From: an uncultured SAR86 cluster bacterium
GTDB taxonomy: Bacteria; Pseudomonadota; Gammaproteobacteria; Magnimaribacterales; D2472
DNA length: 64,000 bases
Direction: 5' to 3'
NCBI GenBank assembly: GCA_902591925.1
Contig: CACJCN010000007.1
Coordinates: 1,605 to 65,604 of the forward strand
A model generated the notes under the pieces. The model did not search any database, was not told the DNA's origin, and saw nothing but the letters and a program-made list of their open reading frames with translations. Numbering within the stretch: position 1 is the first letter of the stretch; each line of letters starts with the position of its first letter. A program made the position numbers and the translations under genes. Positions 10,081 through 19,761 of this stretch are shown piece after piece.

Positions 10081-11618
10081 TAGTGTCTAAAATGCCTCAT
10101 TCCAGTAAACATCATTGCAATGTTGTGTTCATTTGCTGCAGCTATTACTTCATCATCTTTAATAGACCCACCTGGTTGAATAATTGCAGCAATTCCGCTT
10201 GAAGCTGCTTTATCTATTCCATCTCTAAATGGAAAAAATGCATCCGACGCCATTACGGCATTTTTTACTTCTAATCCTTCTTCTTTGGCTTTTAAGTTGG
10301 CAATTTCTGCACTAATGACTCTGCTCATTTGACCAGCCCCTATACCGATAGTTTGTTTATTCTTTACATAAACGATGGCATTACTTTTTACAAATTTAGC
10401 TACTTTCCATGCAAATAAAAGATCGTCAAGCTCGTCGTCTGAGGGTTTTCTCTCGGTAACACATCTAAGTTCATTAGTATCTAACTTTTTTGTATCATCA
10501 TCTTGTATCAAAATACCTCCAGAGACTTTTTTAATTGTTCCTGGATAAGGGTTATCTTGATCTAAATCAACTTTAAGGACTCTTATATTTTTTTTAGAAG
10601 AAAATTCTTTAATCGCATCCTTTTCATAATCTGGAGCTATTACCAATTCAACAAATTGTCTTTGATTTATTTCTTTTGCTGTTTCTTTATCTAATTTTTT
10701 ATTGAAAGCAATGATTCCTCCAAACGCAGAGGTTGGATCTGTTTTAAAAGAAAGGTCATAAGCTTCATTGATTGATTTCGCTTCAGCAACACCACATGGA
10801 TTAGCATGCTTTACAATGACACAGGCAGGATTACTAAATTCCCTAACACATTCCCAAGCGGCATCAGCATCTACAATATTATTATATGAAAGCTCTTTTC
10901 CTTGAATAATTTCAGCATTAGCAATATTTTTGTTTTTTAAATTATCAAAGGTAAAAAGGGTTGCATTTTGATGTGGATTTTCACCATATCTAAGATTTAC
11001 ATTACTTGAAAAATTATAGGAATGAATATCTTTAACACCTCCTTTGAGGTAATCAGATATTGATTTATTGTAATCGGCCATTAAAGCAAATACTTTTTGA
11101 GAGAGATTCTTGCGAGTTTCATATGAAATGCCATCATTTTCATCCCACTCCCTAATAATATAAATATAGTCATTTGGATTGCATACTACGACGACATCTT
11201 TAAAATTTTTTGCAGCAGCTCGGATCATTGTCGGTCCACCTATATCGATATTTTCTATCGCATCCTCAAAAGAAGAACCTTTTTTTATAGTCTCTGTAAA
11301 TGGATATAAATTAACAATTACTAAATCAATGGTTTCATATCCTCTCTCTTCAAGGACCTTCATATCAGATTCTCTCCTAGCAAGAATGCCTGCATGAATC
11401 TTTGGATGAAGAGTTTTAACTCTTCCATCCATCATTTCTTCAAATCCAGTAAACTCAGAAACTTCTATAACCTTATCCGTAATTTCTTTTATTGCTTTAT
11501 AAGTTCCACCAGTTGAAAGAATTTTCACATCTTTTTTAATCAAAAAAGATACAATTTCTTCGAGATTTGTTTTATCAGATAAACTTATCAGGGCTGTTTT
11601 TGGATTAACAATATTCAT
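10080..11618 (-). CDS. purH: Bifunctional AICAR formyltransferase / IMP cyclohydrolase (PurH)
   Basis: ALISLSDKTNL, GRVKTLHPKIHAGILARR, QPGGSIKDDEVIAAANEH, MMFTGMRHFRH C-terminus. Confidence 0.96.
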   Translation of the reverse strand: MNIVNPKTALISLSDKTNLEEIVSFLIKKDVKILSTGGTYKAIKEITDKVIEVSEFTGFEEMMDGRVKTLHPKIHAGILARRESDMKVLEERGYETIDLVIVNLYPFTETIKKGSSFEDAIENIDIGGPTMIRAAAKNFKDVVVVCNPNDYIYIIREWDENDGISYETRKNLSQKVFALMADYNKSISDYLKGGVKDIHSYNFSSNVNLRYGENPHQNATLFTFDNLKNKNIANAEIIQGKELSYNNIVDADAAWECVREFSNPACVIVKHANPCGVAEAKSINEAYDLSFKTDPTSAFGGIIAFNKKLDKETAKEINQRQFVELVIAPDYEKDAIKEFSSKKNIRVLKVDLDQDNPYPGTIKKVSGGILIQDDDTKKLDTNELRCVTERKPSDDELDDLLFAWKVAKFVKSNAIVYVKNKQTIGIGAGQMSRVISAEIANLKAKEEGLEVKNAVMASDAFFPFRDGIDKAASSGIAAIIQPGGSIKDDEVIAAANEHNIAMMFTGMRHFRH

Positions 11619-11620
11619 TG

Positions 11621-11887
11621 CTACTCGATATTATATTTTTTGAGTTTTGTTCTAAGTGTTGTTCTATTTATTCCTAAAATCTTTGCGGCTTTTGATTGAT
11701 TATTATTAGAAAATTGCATAACTGATCTCAAAAGAGGTGGCTCAACTTCATTCAAAACAAGTTGGTATACATTTATTGGAGTATTTTTTTGATCAAGTTG
11801 ATTAAAATATCTATTTAATGCTTTTCTAACCTCATCTTTAAGAGGTTTTTTAGAGTAACTATCGAATGATTTTTTGTTATTTTTCAA
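11621..11887 (-). CDS. fis: Nucleoid-associated DNA-binding protein Fis
   Basis: 88 aa with a C-terminal HTH (NQSKAAKILGINRTTLRTKLKKYNI) typical of Fis. Confidence 0.9.
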   Translation of the reverse strand: MKNNKKSFDSYSKKPLKDEVRKALNRYFNQLDQKNTPINVYQLVLNEVEPPLLRSVMQFSNNNQSKAAKILGINRTTLRTKLKKYNIE

Positions 11888-11950
11888 AATAATTTATTTT
11901 GTGTAAAGAAGATTAAGTTTACAGTTGTTTAAAAATTGCTCAATAGTTTT

Positions 11951-12514
11951 TTAAAGATTAATAAATGTTTTTTTATCTTTATCAATTGAGAAATTTATGA
12001 ACTCTCCATCTTCAATAGTTATTTTTACGATTGAAGTGTAATCAGGATAGAAATACAAGAGCTTAGTTTCTGAATTTAACTCACTTAATAGTGCATTTAT
12101 CACCATAAAATGAGTAAAAATAACACTATCTTCTGAGAATGTTATTGTTTTAGAAATTATATTTTCTTTCCACTTAGTAATATTCTCTGGCAAATCATTC
12201 TTATTCATTTGAAGGATTTTCTTTAACCATTCTTGTTTATTCTCAGGCTCAATATTTGGTGATGGTATTTCTGTAAAAATATTTTCTATTATTAGCTCTT
12301 TTTTAAATTTTTTTGCCAGTGGTCTTGCTGTTTCTACTGCTCTTAGTTTTGGACTTGAAATAAAAGAATAATGATCAAGCTGTTTAAGTTCAGGTCTATT
12401 AATTAATTTTTTTGATTGAGCTATACCAGTATCGCTAAGACCAGGATCATGATGATCGCCCCAAGAACTGGAAGCCTCAGCATGCCTTATAAATATAACT
12501 TCAATAGATGCCAT
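11951..12514 (-). CDS. Histidine phosphatase (phosphoglycerate mutase) family protein
   Basis: RHAE catalytic motif (VIFIRHAEAS) and a downstream H in FTHFMVINAL. Confidence 0.7.
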   Translation of the reverse strand: MASIEVIFIRHAEASSSWGDHHDPGLSDTGIAQSKKLINRPELKQLDHYSFISSPKLRAVETARPLAKKFKKELIIENIFTEIPSPNIEPENKQEWLKKILQMNKNDLPENITKWKENIISKTITFSEDSVIFTHFMVINALLSELNSETKLLYFYPDYTSIVKITIEDGEFINFSIDKDKKTFINL

Positions 12515-12544
12515 TTATCAATTCTCAATAGCTATAATAATAAT

Positions 12545-13279
12545 ATGAGAATTCATAGAGTATATTGTAAATCTGTATCAGGACCTAACACGAAATTTGC
12601 CTTAGATAATATACAGTCGCATCACTTAATTAAAGCTCTTCGCTTAAAAGAGGGAAGAGTTGTTGAAGTATTTGATGGAAAGGGTAGCTCAGCATCTTGT
12701 GAAATAGTTTTATTAAATAATAACAAGTGTGAGCTGGAAAGAATTTCTGAAGTTAATAAAGATAATGAGCCACATCGAACCCTAACAAATGTAATTCCAT
12801 TCATTAAAACAAATAATTTTAATTATATGGTTCAAAAATTATCTGAAATTGGAGTGAATAAATTCATAATCTATAAACCTGAACTTTGCGATCAAAGCAT
12901 TGCGAAAAAGGATTTAGAAAAGATAATTCTAAAATCTAAAGATATAATTATTAATGTTTGCAAGCAGTGCGGAAATAATTTTTTGCCACAAATTATTCAT
13001 ACTAAAAACTTAGAAGAGGCTATTAATTTGATTGAAGATGACAACAACAAATATGTATTTGATACGGATGCAGAAAAATACTTTTCTTTCGAGGAGTTAG
13101 GTTCTACTTCTTCTATAACAACTATTACAGGACCAGAGTCAGGTTTCTCAGAAAAAGAATTAAACTCTATCAAGAAAAAGAATATTGAAATTAGATATTT
13201 AGGTGAAAATATTCTTAAAGCAGAAACGGCCCCAATTTTTGTATCTTCCATTGTAAAAAACCATTTTGGTAAAATTTAA
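12545..13279 (+). CDS. rsmE: 16S rRNA (uracil1498-N3)-methyltransferase RsmE
   Basis: MRIHRVY N-terminus typical of RsmE and the C-terminal SPOUT motif TGPESGFSEKE ... LGENILKAETAP. Start moved to the ATG at 12545; the longer 12416 ORF overlaps the divergent upstream gene. Confidence 0.85.
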   Translation: MRIHRVYCKSVSGPNTKFALDNIQSHHLIKALRLKEGRVVEVFDGKGSSASCEIVLLNNNKCELERISEVNKDNEPHRTLTNVIPFIKTNNFNYMVQKLSEIGVNKFIIYKPELCDQSIAKKDLEKIILKSKDIIINVCKQCGNNFLPQIIHTKNLEEAINLIEDDNNKYVFDTDAEKYFSFEELGSTSSITTITGPESGFSEKELNSIKKKNIEIRYLGENILKAETAPIFVSSIVKNHFGKI

Positions 13280-13281
13280 TC

Positions 13282-14208
13282 ATGACTGAGAAAGTATTAT
13301 TCATAACAGATACATTTGAAAATTTAAATTTCAAAAAAGATACCTCGATCCTTATGATCGAAGAAGCTCTTAAAAAAGAAATGAATGTTTTTCAGTGTGA
13401 AATAAATGATTTATTCGTAGATAACAATGATGTTTTAGTAAATTGCAGAGAGATAAACTCATTAAGTGAAGATATTGATACAGAAGTTAAAAAAATTGAT
13501 ATTGACCTTAAAGATTTTAAATATTGTTTTATGAGAAAAGATCCTCCTGTTGATGAGGATTATAATAATGCTCTTCATTTGCTTAATTTAGCTAAACATA
13601 ATGGCGCAGTTATCCATAACAATCCATGTGCGTTAAAGAAATTTAATGAAAAAGTTTTTGCAACACATTTTCCTGAATTTATACCAAAAACACTCATTTC
13701 ATCTAGCATTAACAAAATAAGAGCTTTTTTCAATTCGCAAAAGAAAATAATTATTAAACCTCTAGATGGAATGGGAGGTACTTCAATATATAAAGTAGAT
13801 GATTTAAACGAAGATAATTTAAAGATAATAAGAACCATGACAAATTCTGAAAAAACACAGATTATTTGCCAGAGTTTTATTGAGGATGTTTATGAAGGAG
13901 ATTTTAGAATTCTAATAATTAATGGTAAGCCATTTCCAAAAACCCTTGCAAGGATACCAAAAGATGGTGATTTCAAGGGTAATCTTGCTGCAGGAGGGAA
14001 AGGAGTTGCTAGAGATATAACAGAAAATCAAAAGAAGATTGCTAAGGCAATTGCACCAATATTAGTTAAAAATGAGATTAGTTTTGTTGGAATAGATATA
14101 GTTGGAAAATATTTAACTGAAATTAATATTACAAGCCCAACTTGTGCAAGAGAAATTCTTGATCAAACACAGATGAATCCAATAGAAGAATACTTTAAAG
14201 GCCTATGA
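13282..14208 (+). CDS. gshB: Glutathione synthetase (GshB)
   Basis: ATP-grasp prokaryotic GSH synthetase blocks: MRKDPPVDEDY, IIKPLDGMGG, GDFRILIINGKP, GNLAAGG, FVGIDIVG..LTEINITSP. Confidence 0.92.
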   Translation: MTEKVLFITDTFENLNFKKDTSILMIEEALKKEMNVFQCEINDLFVDNNDVLVNCREINSLSEDIDTEVKKIDIDLKDFKYCFMRKDPPVDEDYNNALHLLNLAKHNGAVIHNNPCALKKFNEKVFATHFPEFIPKTLISSSINKIRAFFNSQKKIIIKPLDGMGGTSIYKVDDLNEDNLKIIRTMTNSEKTQIICQSFIEDVYEGDFRILIINGKPFPKTLARIPKDGDFKGNLAAGGKGVARDITENQKKIAKAIAPILVKNEISFVGIDIVGKYLTEINITSPTCAREILDQTQMNPIEEYFKGL

Positions 14209-14828
14209 GTATTTTTTCCTCGACAGAAACTATAAGTAAACGTTCTTTAACTTTTAATAAATCTTTCATAATTTCTCTTTTAATACATCTATTATTGATT
14301 TTTGGTATTTCAATTACCACATACTATAAATTACCAATTTTTAAAGAATCTCCAATAATTAACATTAAATTCGCTAATTCAAATCAAGATTTAATTACTA
14401 AAACTAATTTGGGTGATTCATTTAGTTCAGATTTAGATTTATCAATCTCTCAGAATGGAAACATCAGTTCATCAAAGAAAACATTACAACCATATAAAGT
14501 AAAAAAGCTTCAGGCAAATTCTATTGTTAATACTGAGGAGGCTGTATATTTAAATTTATGGCAAAGACAAATAGAAACTAATGGAGACAATATAATTTCA
14601 GAGAGTAAAAGTTTCTTGGATGGCAGGGTGCAAATTATGGCTACTATAGATGTTTATGGTAATTTAGTTAAATCAGAAATTCTTATTTCATCAGGGGATA
14701 AGGCAATTGATGAAATGGCTATCAATATTTTAAAAGAGTCAGCTCCTTTTGCTCCTTTTAATGAAACCATGTCTGACGAATATAGTGTTCTTGAAATAGT
14801 TCGTGACTGGAATTTTTCGATTAATTAA
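14205..14828 (+). CDS. TonB-family C-terminal domain protein (energy transducer TonB-like)
   Basis: N-terminal TM anchor (IISLLIHLLLIFGISI) and a C-terminal TonB-like beta-alpha-beta block (RVQIMATIDVYGNLVKSEILISSGDKAIDEMAINILKESAPFAPF). Sits between gshB and ruvX, as the tonB3 locus does in Pseudomonas. Confidence 0.65.
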   Translation: MSIFSSTETISKRSLTFNKSFIISLLIHLLLIFGISITTYYKLPIFKESPIINIKFANSNQDLITKTNLGDSFSSDLDLSISQNGNISSSKKTLQPYKVKKLQANSIVNTEEAVYLNLWQRQIETNGDNIISESKSFLDGRVQIMATIDVYGNLVKSEILISSGDKAIDEMAINILKESAPFAPFNETMSDEYSVLEIVRDWNFSIN

Positions 14829-15221
14829 ATGCAAATTATCGCTTTTGATTATGGTGAGAAAAAAATAGGCGTTGCTGTTGGACAAACTGAAACCAATACT
14901 TCTTCACCGTTACAGCTAATTTTTAACAATAATGATCAAGTTAATTGGAATGAGATTTGTGTTTTATTAGATGAATGGAAGCCTGATCTTATTATCATTG
15001 GTAAGCCACTGAATATGGATGGTACTGATAGTGAAATAATGAAAAAAGTTGAAAAGTTCGTTAAACATTTAAAAACTATTTACGATGCACAATATGAATT
15101 TATTGATGAAAGATTAACCACATTTGAGGCTAAAGAAATTCTCATTGAAAATAAATCTGATATCGTAGATGCTAATGCAGCAAAAATATTAATTGATAAC
15201 TGGTTTAATAAAGAATTATAA
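14829..15221 (+). CDS. ruvX: Putative pre-16S rRNA nuclease / Holliday junction resolvase-like RuvX (YqgF)
   Basis: IIAFDYGEKKIGVAVG N-terminal RNase H-like motif, about 130 aa, DERLTT motif. Confidence 0.9.
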   Translation: MQIIAFDYGEKKIGVAVGQTETNTSSPLQLIFNNNDQVNWNEICVLLDEWKPDLIIIGKPLNMDGTDSEIMKKVEKFVKHLKTIYDAQYEFIDERLTTFEAKEILIENKSDIVDANAAKILIDNWFNKEL

Positions 15222-15223
15222 GT

Positions 15224-16999
15224 ATGTCTATTCCTTCAACATTTATAGATCGTTTATTGTCTTCAGTAAATATAGTTGATGTCATTGGAAGAAGATTAAC
15301 ACTAGAAAGAAAAGGTGGTGCTTATTGGGCCAAGTGTCCTTTTCATGGCTCTGGTGAGGAAAGAACAGCTTCCTTTAAGGTATATGAGGAAACAGGTACC
15401 TATCACTGCTTTGGATGTAAAGAGTCAGGAAATGCAATTCATTTTTTAAGAAAACATGATGGTTTAGATTTTTTAGAGGCTGTTGAAACACTAGCAACTC
15501 AGGTTGGAATGGAGATACCAAAGCAGGAGGCACCTATAGATACTTCTAATGCCACAAAGATTAACAATCGTGCCTCTCAGGTATTCTACGAACAACTTAA
15601 ATCAGATCAGGGGAAGAAAACAATCAAATATTTAAAAGAAAGAGGAATATCTGGAGAAACAGCAAAATTTTTTCAATTAGGTTATTCATCTAATAAGAAA
15701 CCTACACTTTATGAAAATCTTAAAAATGAATTCAAGGAAACAGATTTAGATGAATCAGGACTATTTGGTAAAAACGACGAAGGCCAATATTACGATAGAT
15801 TTAGAGACAGACTTATGTTTCCAATTAGAAATATTAAGGGAGAATGCATTGCATTTGGAGGAAGGCTGTTATCAGACAAAAAAGGTCAGGCCAAATATCT
15901 TAATTCACCAGAAACAAAAACGTATAAAAAAAAATATGAACTATATGGTTTATATGAAATAAGAGAAATCAACAAAAGACCTGAATCTATATTTCTTGTT
16001 GAAGGATATATGGATGTTATTGGATTATTTCAACATGGTATAAAAAATGCTGTTGCTTCATCGGGGACAGCTTTTACCCAAGAGCAACTAAGAAAAATTT
16101 TAAGTTACACAAATACTATTTATATTGTTTTTGATGGCGATGAAGCGGGATATAAAGCTTCTTGGAGGGCGGTTGAAAATGCATTACCACTTTTAAGAGA
16201 GGATACTAGAATAAGTTTTATTTTTTTGGAGCCGGATGAAGATCCAGATAGTTATGTGAGTAGTAATGGAAAAGATGCTTTCTTAGATTTATCAAAAAAA
16301 GCTAAATCATTTTCTGATTTCTTTTTTGATTATGTTAAAGATCAAGATGATTTATCGAAACTGGAAGGAAGATCGATGGTGGCAAAATTTGCACTACCTT
16401 TAGTGAATAAAATTTCAAATGATACTTTAAAGGAAGCATATATTAATGAAGTATCAAAAATATGCGATCTTGATTTCTCAAAATTAATTCAAGGAGAATC
16501 AAAATCTAAAAAAGTTACTCCTACAAAAAAAGAAGAAGTGAAGGAATCGATAAACACAGTTTTAAGGAAATCTGTGTTGGGAATCTTTACGGCGCTTATA
16601 CAACATCCAAAATTATCTTCAATTAATGAGTTTTCATTGATCACTCATGACTCAAAATTTAATTTTATTAATGATATTAAAAAATTATATCAAGACTCTC
16701 CAGATTCAAATCCATCAATTATTTTTGAGAAGATAGAATCAGAAAGAATTAAGAATGTTTTTGGCGAGGCTTTAGTATCGGAAATTAAATTATCGGAGGA
16801 AGACGCCACCTCGATGATTAAAGATTGTCTTAAAATAATTTCTCAAACAAACTCTGAAAGAGAAGAAATTTTAAAAGAAAAGTATAATATGCAAGAGCTA
16901 ACATCTGCAGAAAAAAGAGAATTACAACAAATTATTCTAAAAAAAGATAAAATGTCGCAGGATGAAGAAGCTTTGATAAAAAATTTAAGCTCTATATAG
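15224..16999 (+). CDS. dnaG: DNA primase DnaG
   Basis: Zn ribbon (CPFHGSGEERTASFKVYEETGTYHCFGCKESGN), RNA polymerase core (RLMFPIRN..G..IAFGGR), Toprim (LVEGYMDV, VFDGDEAG). Confidence 0.95.
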   Translation: MSIPSTFIDRLLSSVNIVDVIGRRLTLERKGGAYWAKCPFHGSGEERTASFKVYEETGTYHCFGCKESGNAIHFLRKHDGLDFLEAVETLATQVGMEIPKQEAPIDTSNATKINNRASQVFYEQLKSDQGKKTIKYLKERGISGETAKFFQLGYSSNKKPTLYENLKNEFKETDLDESGLFGKNDEGQYYDRFRDRLMFPIRNIKGECIAFGGRLLSDKKGQAKYLNSPETKTYKKKYELYGLYEIREINKRPESIFLVEGYMDVIGLFQHGIKNAVASSGTAFTQEQLRKILSYTNTIYIVFDGDEAGYKASWRAVENALPLLREDTRISFIFLEPDEDPDSYVSSNGKDAFLDLSKKAKSFSDFFFDYVKDQDDLSKLEGRSMVAKFALPLVNKISNDTLKEAYINEVSKICDLDFSKLIQGESKSKKVTPTKKEEVKESINTVLRKSVLGIFTALIQHPKLSSINEFSLITHDSKFNFINDIKKLYQDSPDSNPSIIFEKIESERIKNVFGEALVSEIKLSEEDATSMIKDCLKIISQTNSEREEILKEKYNMQELTSAEKRELQQIILKKDKMSQDEEALIKNLSSI

Positions 17000-17056
17000 A
17001 TTGATTTTTGCTAATCAATCCTTAAATAAAGCCAATAATATAAGAGGAAATTTTCT

Positions 17057-18871
17057 GTGGATAAATTAAATCAAAAAGGCTCTAAGATTGCTGAGCTTAT
17101 TGAAAAAGGAAGAGAGCAGGGTTATTTAACATACTCTGATGTAAATGATCATCTTCCAGATGATATATCCGATCCTGATCAAGTAGACGAAATCATTGGA
17201 ATGATTAACGATTTAGGTCTTCAAGTTCACGAAACTGCACCTGATGCGGATACCTTAATGTTAGCTGAGTCAGAAAATTCTGATGATATAGCTTTGGAAC
17301 AAGCAGCAGAAGCTTTAGCAGCTGTAGAAAATGAAACTGGAAGAACCACTGATCCTGTAAGAATGTATATGAGGGAGATGGGAACAGTTGATCTTTTAAC
17401 AAGAGAAGGTGAGATTGAGATTGCCAAAAGAATAGAAGAGGGAATGAGAGATCTTCTCAATGCAAGTGTTCAATATCCAAAAACTGTTGAATATGTTCTT
17501 CATTATTTTCAGTTAGTAAAAGATGGAGAAAAGAAAATTAATGATTTCTTAACAGGATTCCTTGAAGAGATGGAAGAAGTTCCATCAGCGGGACCTGGAA
17601 GCCAAAGAGCTAAAGAAGAGGCAGAAGCTGCTGAATCATCTGATGAGGAAAGCTCATCTGGACCAGATATGAAAGAAGTTCAAAAGAGAATGACTAGCCT
17701 AAAACGTCAATTTAATAAAACAACAAAGGTTATTGATAAAAAAGGTAGGCATTCTAAAGAAGCTAATGCAGAATTTAAAAAACTCGGTGAAATATTTCAA
17801 TTTCTTAAATTCAGCCCTAGGATGTTTGAAGATATTGCTGCAATTGCAAGACATGGACTAAATAGTATTAGAGAGAAAGAAAAATTTATTCAGACTCAGT
17901 TAGTGAAAAGTGCTCGTATACCAAGAAAAGACTTCTTAGCTCTTTATCCAGATAATTTAACAAAAGTTCGATGGGTAGACTCTTTAATGAAAGAAAAAAA
18001 ATATAAGAAGGATCTTTTGGAGAAAGTTAAGCAAGATGTTGTTATTGCACAAAAAGATATATTAGAAATCGAAAACAAAGTTGGACTTAGTATAAAGGAA
18101 ATAAAAGATATAAATAGAAGCATGTCTATGGGCGAAACAAAAATGAGAAGAGCCAAAAAAGACATGGTTGAAGCTAACTTAAGACTAGTAATTTCCATTG
18201 CTAAGAAATATACAAATAGAGGACTTCAATTCTTGGACTTAATTCAAGAAGGAAACATTGGCCTTATGAAGGCCGTTGATAAATTTGAATATAGAAGAGG
18301 TTATAAATTCTCTACTTATGCAACATGGTGGATCAGACAGGCAATTACAAGATCAATTGCTGATCAAGCAAGAACAATCAGAATCCCAGTTCATATGATT
18401 GAGACTATCAATAAATTAAACAGAGTTTCTCGTCAGATGATGCAAGATATGGGTAGAGAGCCAACTCCTGAAGAATTAAGCAAAGAACTTGATATGCCTG
18501 AAGATAAGGTAAGAAAAGTTCTAAAGATTGCAAAGGAACCAATTTCAACTGAAACACCAATTGGAGATGATGAAGATTCAAGTCTAGGTGATTTTATTGA
18601 AGATACAGTTATTGAATCTCCATTAGAAAATGCTACCGAAGAAAGTCTTCACTTTGCTACCGATGATGTTCTTGCATCTTTAACCGCAAGAGAAGCAAAG
18701 GTGCTAAGAATGAGATTTGGAATAGGTATGAATACTGATCACACTCTTGAAGAAGTAGGGAAGCAGTTTGATGTTACCAGGGAAAGAATCAGACAAATTG
18801 AAGCTAAAGCTCTCAGAAAACTAAGGCATCCGAGTAGATCAAGTCATCTTAAAAGTTTCTTAGACGAATAA
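17057..18871 (+). CDS. rpoD: RNA polymerase sigma factor RpoD (sigma-70)
   Basis: GTG start. Regions 1.1-4.2 are all recognisable ([99 protein letters not shown]). Acidic non-conserved insert. Confidence 0.97.
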   Translation: MDKLNQKGSKIAELIEKGREQGYLTYSDVNDHLPDDISDPDQVDEIIGMINDLGLQVHETAPDADTLMLAESENSDDIALEQAAEALAAVENETGRTTDPVRMYMREMGTVDLLTREGEIEIAKRIEEGMRDLLNASVQYPKTVEYVLHYFQLVKDGEKKINDFLTGFLEEMEEVPSAGPGSQRAKEEAEAAESSDEESSSGPDMKEVQKRMTSLKRQFNKTTKVIDKKGRHSKEANAEFKKLGEIFQFLKFSPRMFEDIAAIARHGLNSIREKEKFIQTQLVKSARIPRKDFLALYPDNLTKVRWVDSLMKEKKYKKDLLEKVKQDVVIAQKDILEIENKVGLSIKEIKDINRSMSMGETKMRRAKKDMVEANLRLVISIAKKYTNRGLQFLDLIQEGNIGLMKAVDKFEYRRGYKFSTYATWWIRQAITRSIADQARTIRIPVHMIETINKLNRVSRQMMQDMGREPTPEELSKELDMPEDKVRKVLKIAKEPISTETPIGDDEDSSLGDFIEDTVIESPLENATEESLHFATDDVLASLTAREAKVLRMRFGIGMNTDHTLEEVGKQFDVTRERIRQIEAKALRKLRHPSRSSHLKSFLDE

Positions 18872-18872
18872 T

Positions 18873-19508
18873 TTATTTCCAGTTTCCCTTTCTTCCTGAT
18901 AGATCCCAATGAATTCTACTCCACATGAGCTGAATTCTTCTTTTTACATATCTTTTAGCAAAAAAACTTGAGTAGTTTGGAAGAGGAATAAATGCTTGTG
19001 AGCCTAAACCATCAATTACTTTTATAATGATTTTTTCGTTATGCCAACTAATAACAAGATTATGAGGTATAAGATTTTTAGTCAGAATTAAATGTTTTTT
19101 CAACCAGTTTTGAAACTCTTCTATGGCAAACTTTATTTCTTCAGTAATACCTTCCCTATAAAGATATGTTTCAAGTGTTTCAGCGATTTCTCCATTATTT
19201 GTTATTAACTCAGTCTCAGAAGCCATACCAATATTTGTTTCTGTCATACCATACCATTTGGCTAAATGTGTCCAAACATTAGGATCATCTTTTTGAAGTG
19301 CTTTTTGATTATATGCTTCTTGCTCTCTTAAATTATCATCAAAGCTTTCTAAAGATCTAAATCTTTTATACCAAGACTTATTTTCTTTAATTTTTTCAAG
19401 CAATCCTGGATGAATTACTTTTAGACATCTATTTGGATTATCAGGATGTACATAGCACATTCTATTGCCACCTTCTGCAAAAGGGGTTATGCCATTCAGA
19501 TTAATCAT
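18873..19508 (-). CDS. YrbL-family (PhoP regulatory network, kinase-like fold) protein
   Basis: N-terminal G..R.CY.HP....RC.K pattern (AEGGNRMCYVHPDNPNRCLKV), as in E. coli YrbL. Size 211 aa. Confidence 0.7.
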   Translation of the reverse strand: MINLNGITPFAEGGNRMCYVHPDNPNRCLKVIHPGLLEKIKENKSWYKRFRSLESFDDNLREQEAYNQKALQKDDPNVWTHLAKWYGMTETNIGMASETELITNNGEIAETLETYLYREGITEEIKFAIEEFQNWLKKHLILTKNLIPHNLVISWHNEKIIIKVIDGLGSQAFIPLPNYSSFFAKRYVKRRIQLMWSRIHWDLSGRKGNWK

Positions 19509-19607
19509 AATAAGATAATAACCTATTAGTTTTATTTGAAAAGTTTAAGGCTTCCTTAATATATTAATTCTTATATAATTACACGCTCTTTTGTTCTTAA
19601 GAACATT

Positions 19608-19684
19608 GGGCCTGTAGCTCAGTTGGTTAGAGCAGTGGACTCATAATCCATTGGTCGGAGGTTCGAGTCCTCCCGGGCCCACCA
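19608..19684 (+). tRNA. tRNA with anticodon CAT; probably tRNA-Ile2 (lysidine-modified), alternatively elongator tRNA-Met
   Basis: Clean cloverleaf by hand: acceptor GGGCCUG/CGGGCCC, D arm GCUC/GAGC, anticodon loop CUCAUAA, T arm GGAGG-UUCGAGU-CCUCC, encoded CCA. The G1-C72 pair and weak anticodon stem exclude the initiator. C4-G69 and C5-G68 match the reported TilS determinants. Confidence 0.95.
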
Positions 19685-19761
19685 TTTATATATTAATCAC
19701 ACAAATAACGTTGATTTTTCATGTATGATATTAGTCTTTTCATTCTTGTTAAGGATAATCA

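Noticed and set aside
12416-12544. Long 5' extension of rsmE
   Set aside because: It overlaps the divergent histidine-phosphatase gene. The typical RsmE N-terminus (MRIHRVY) starts at the ATG at 12545.
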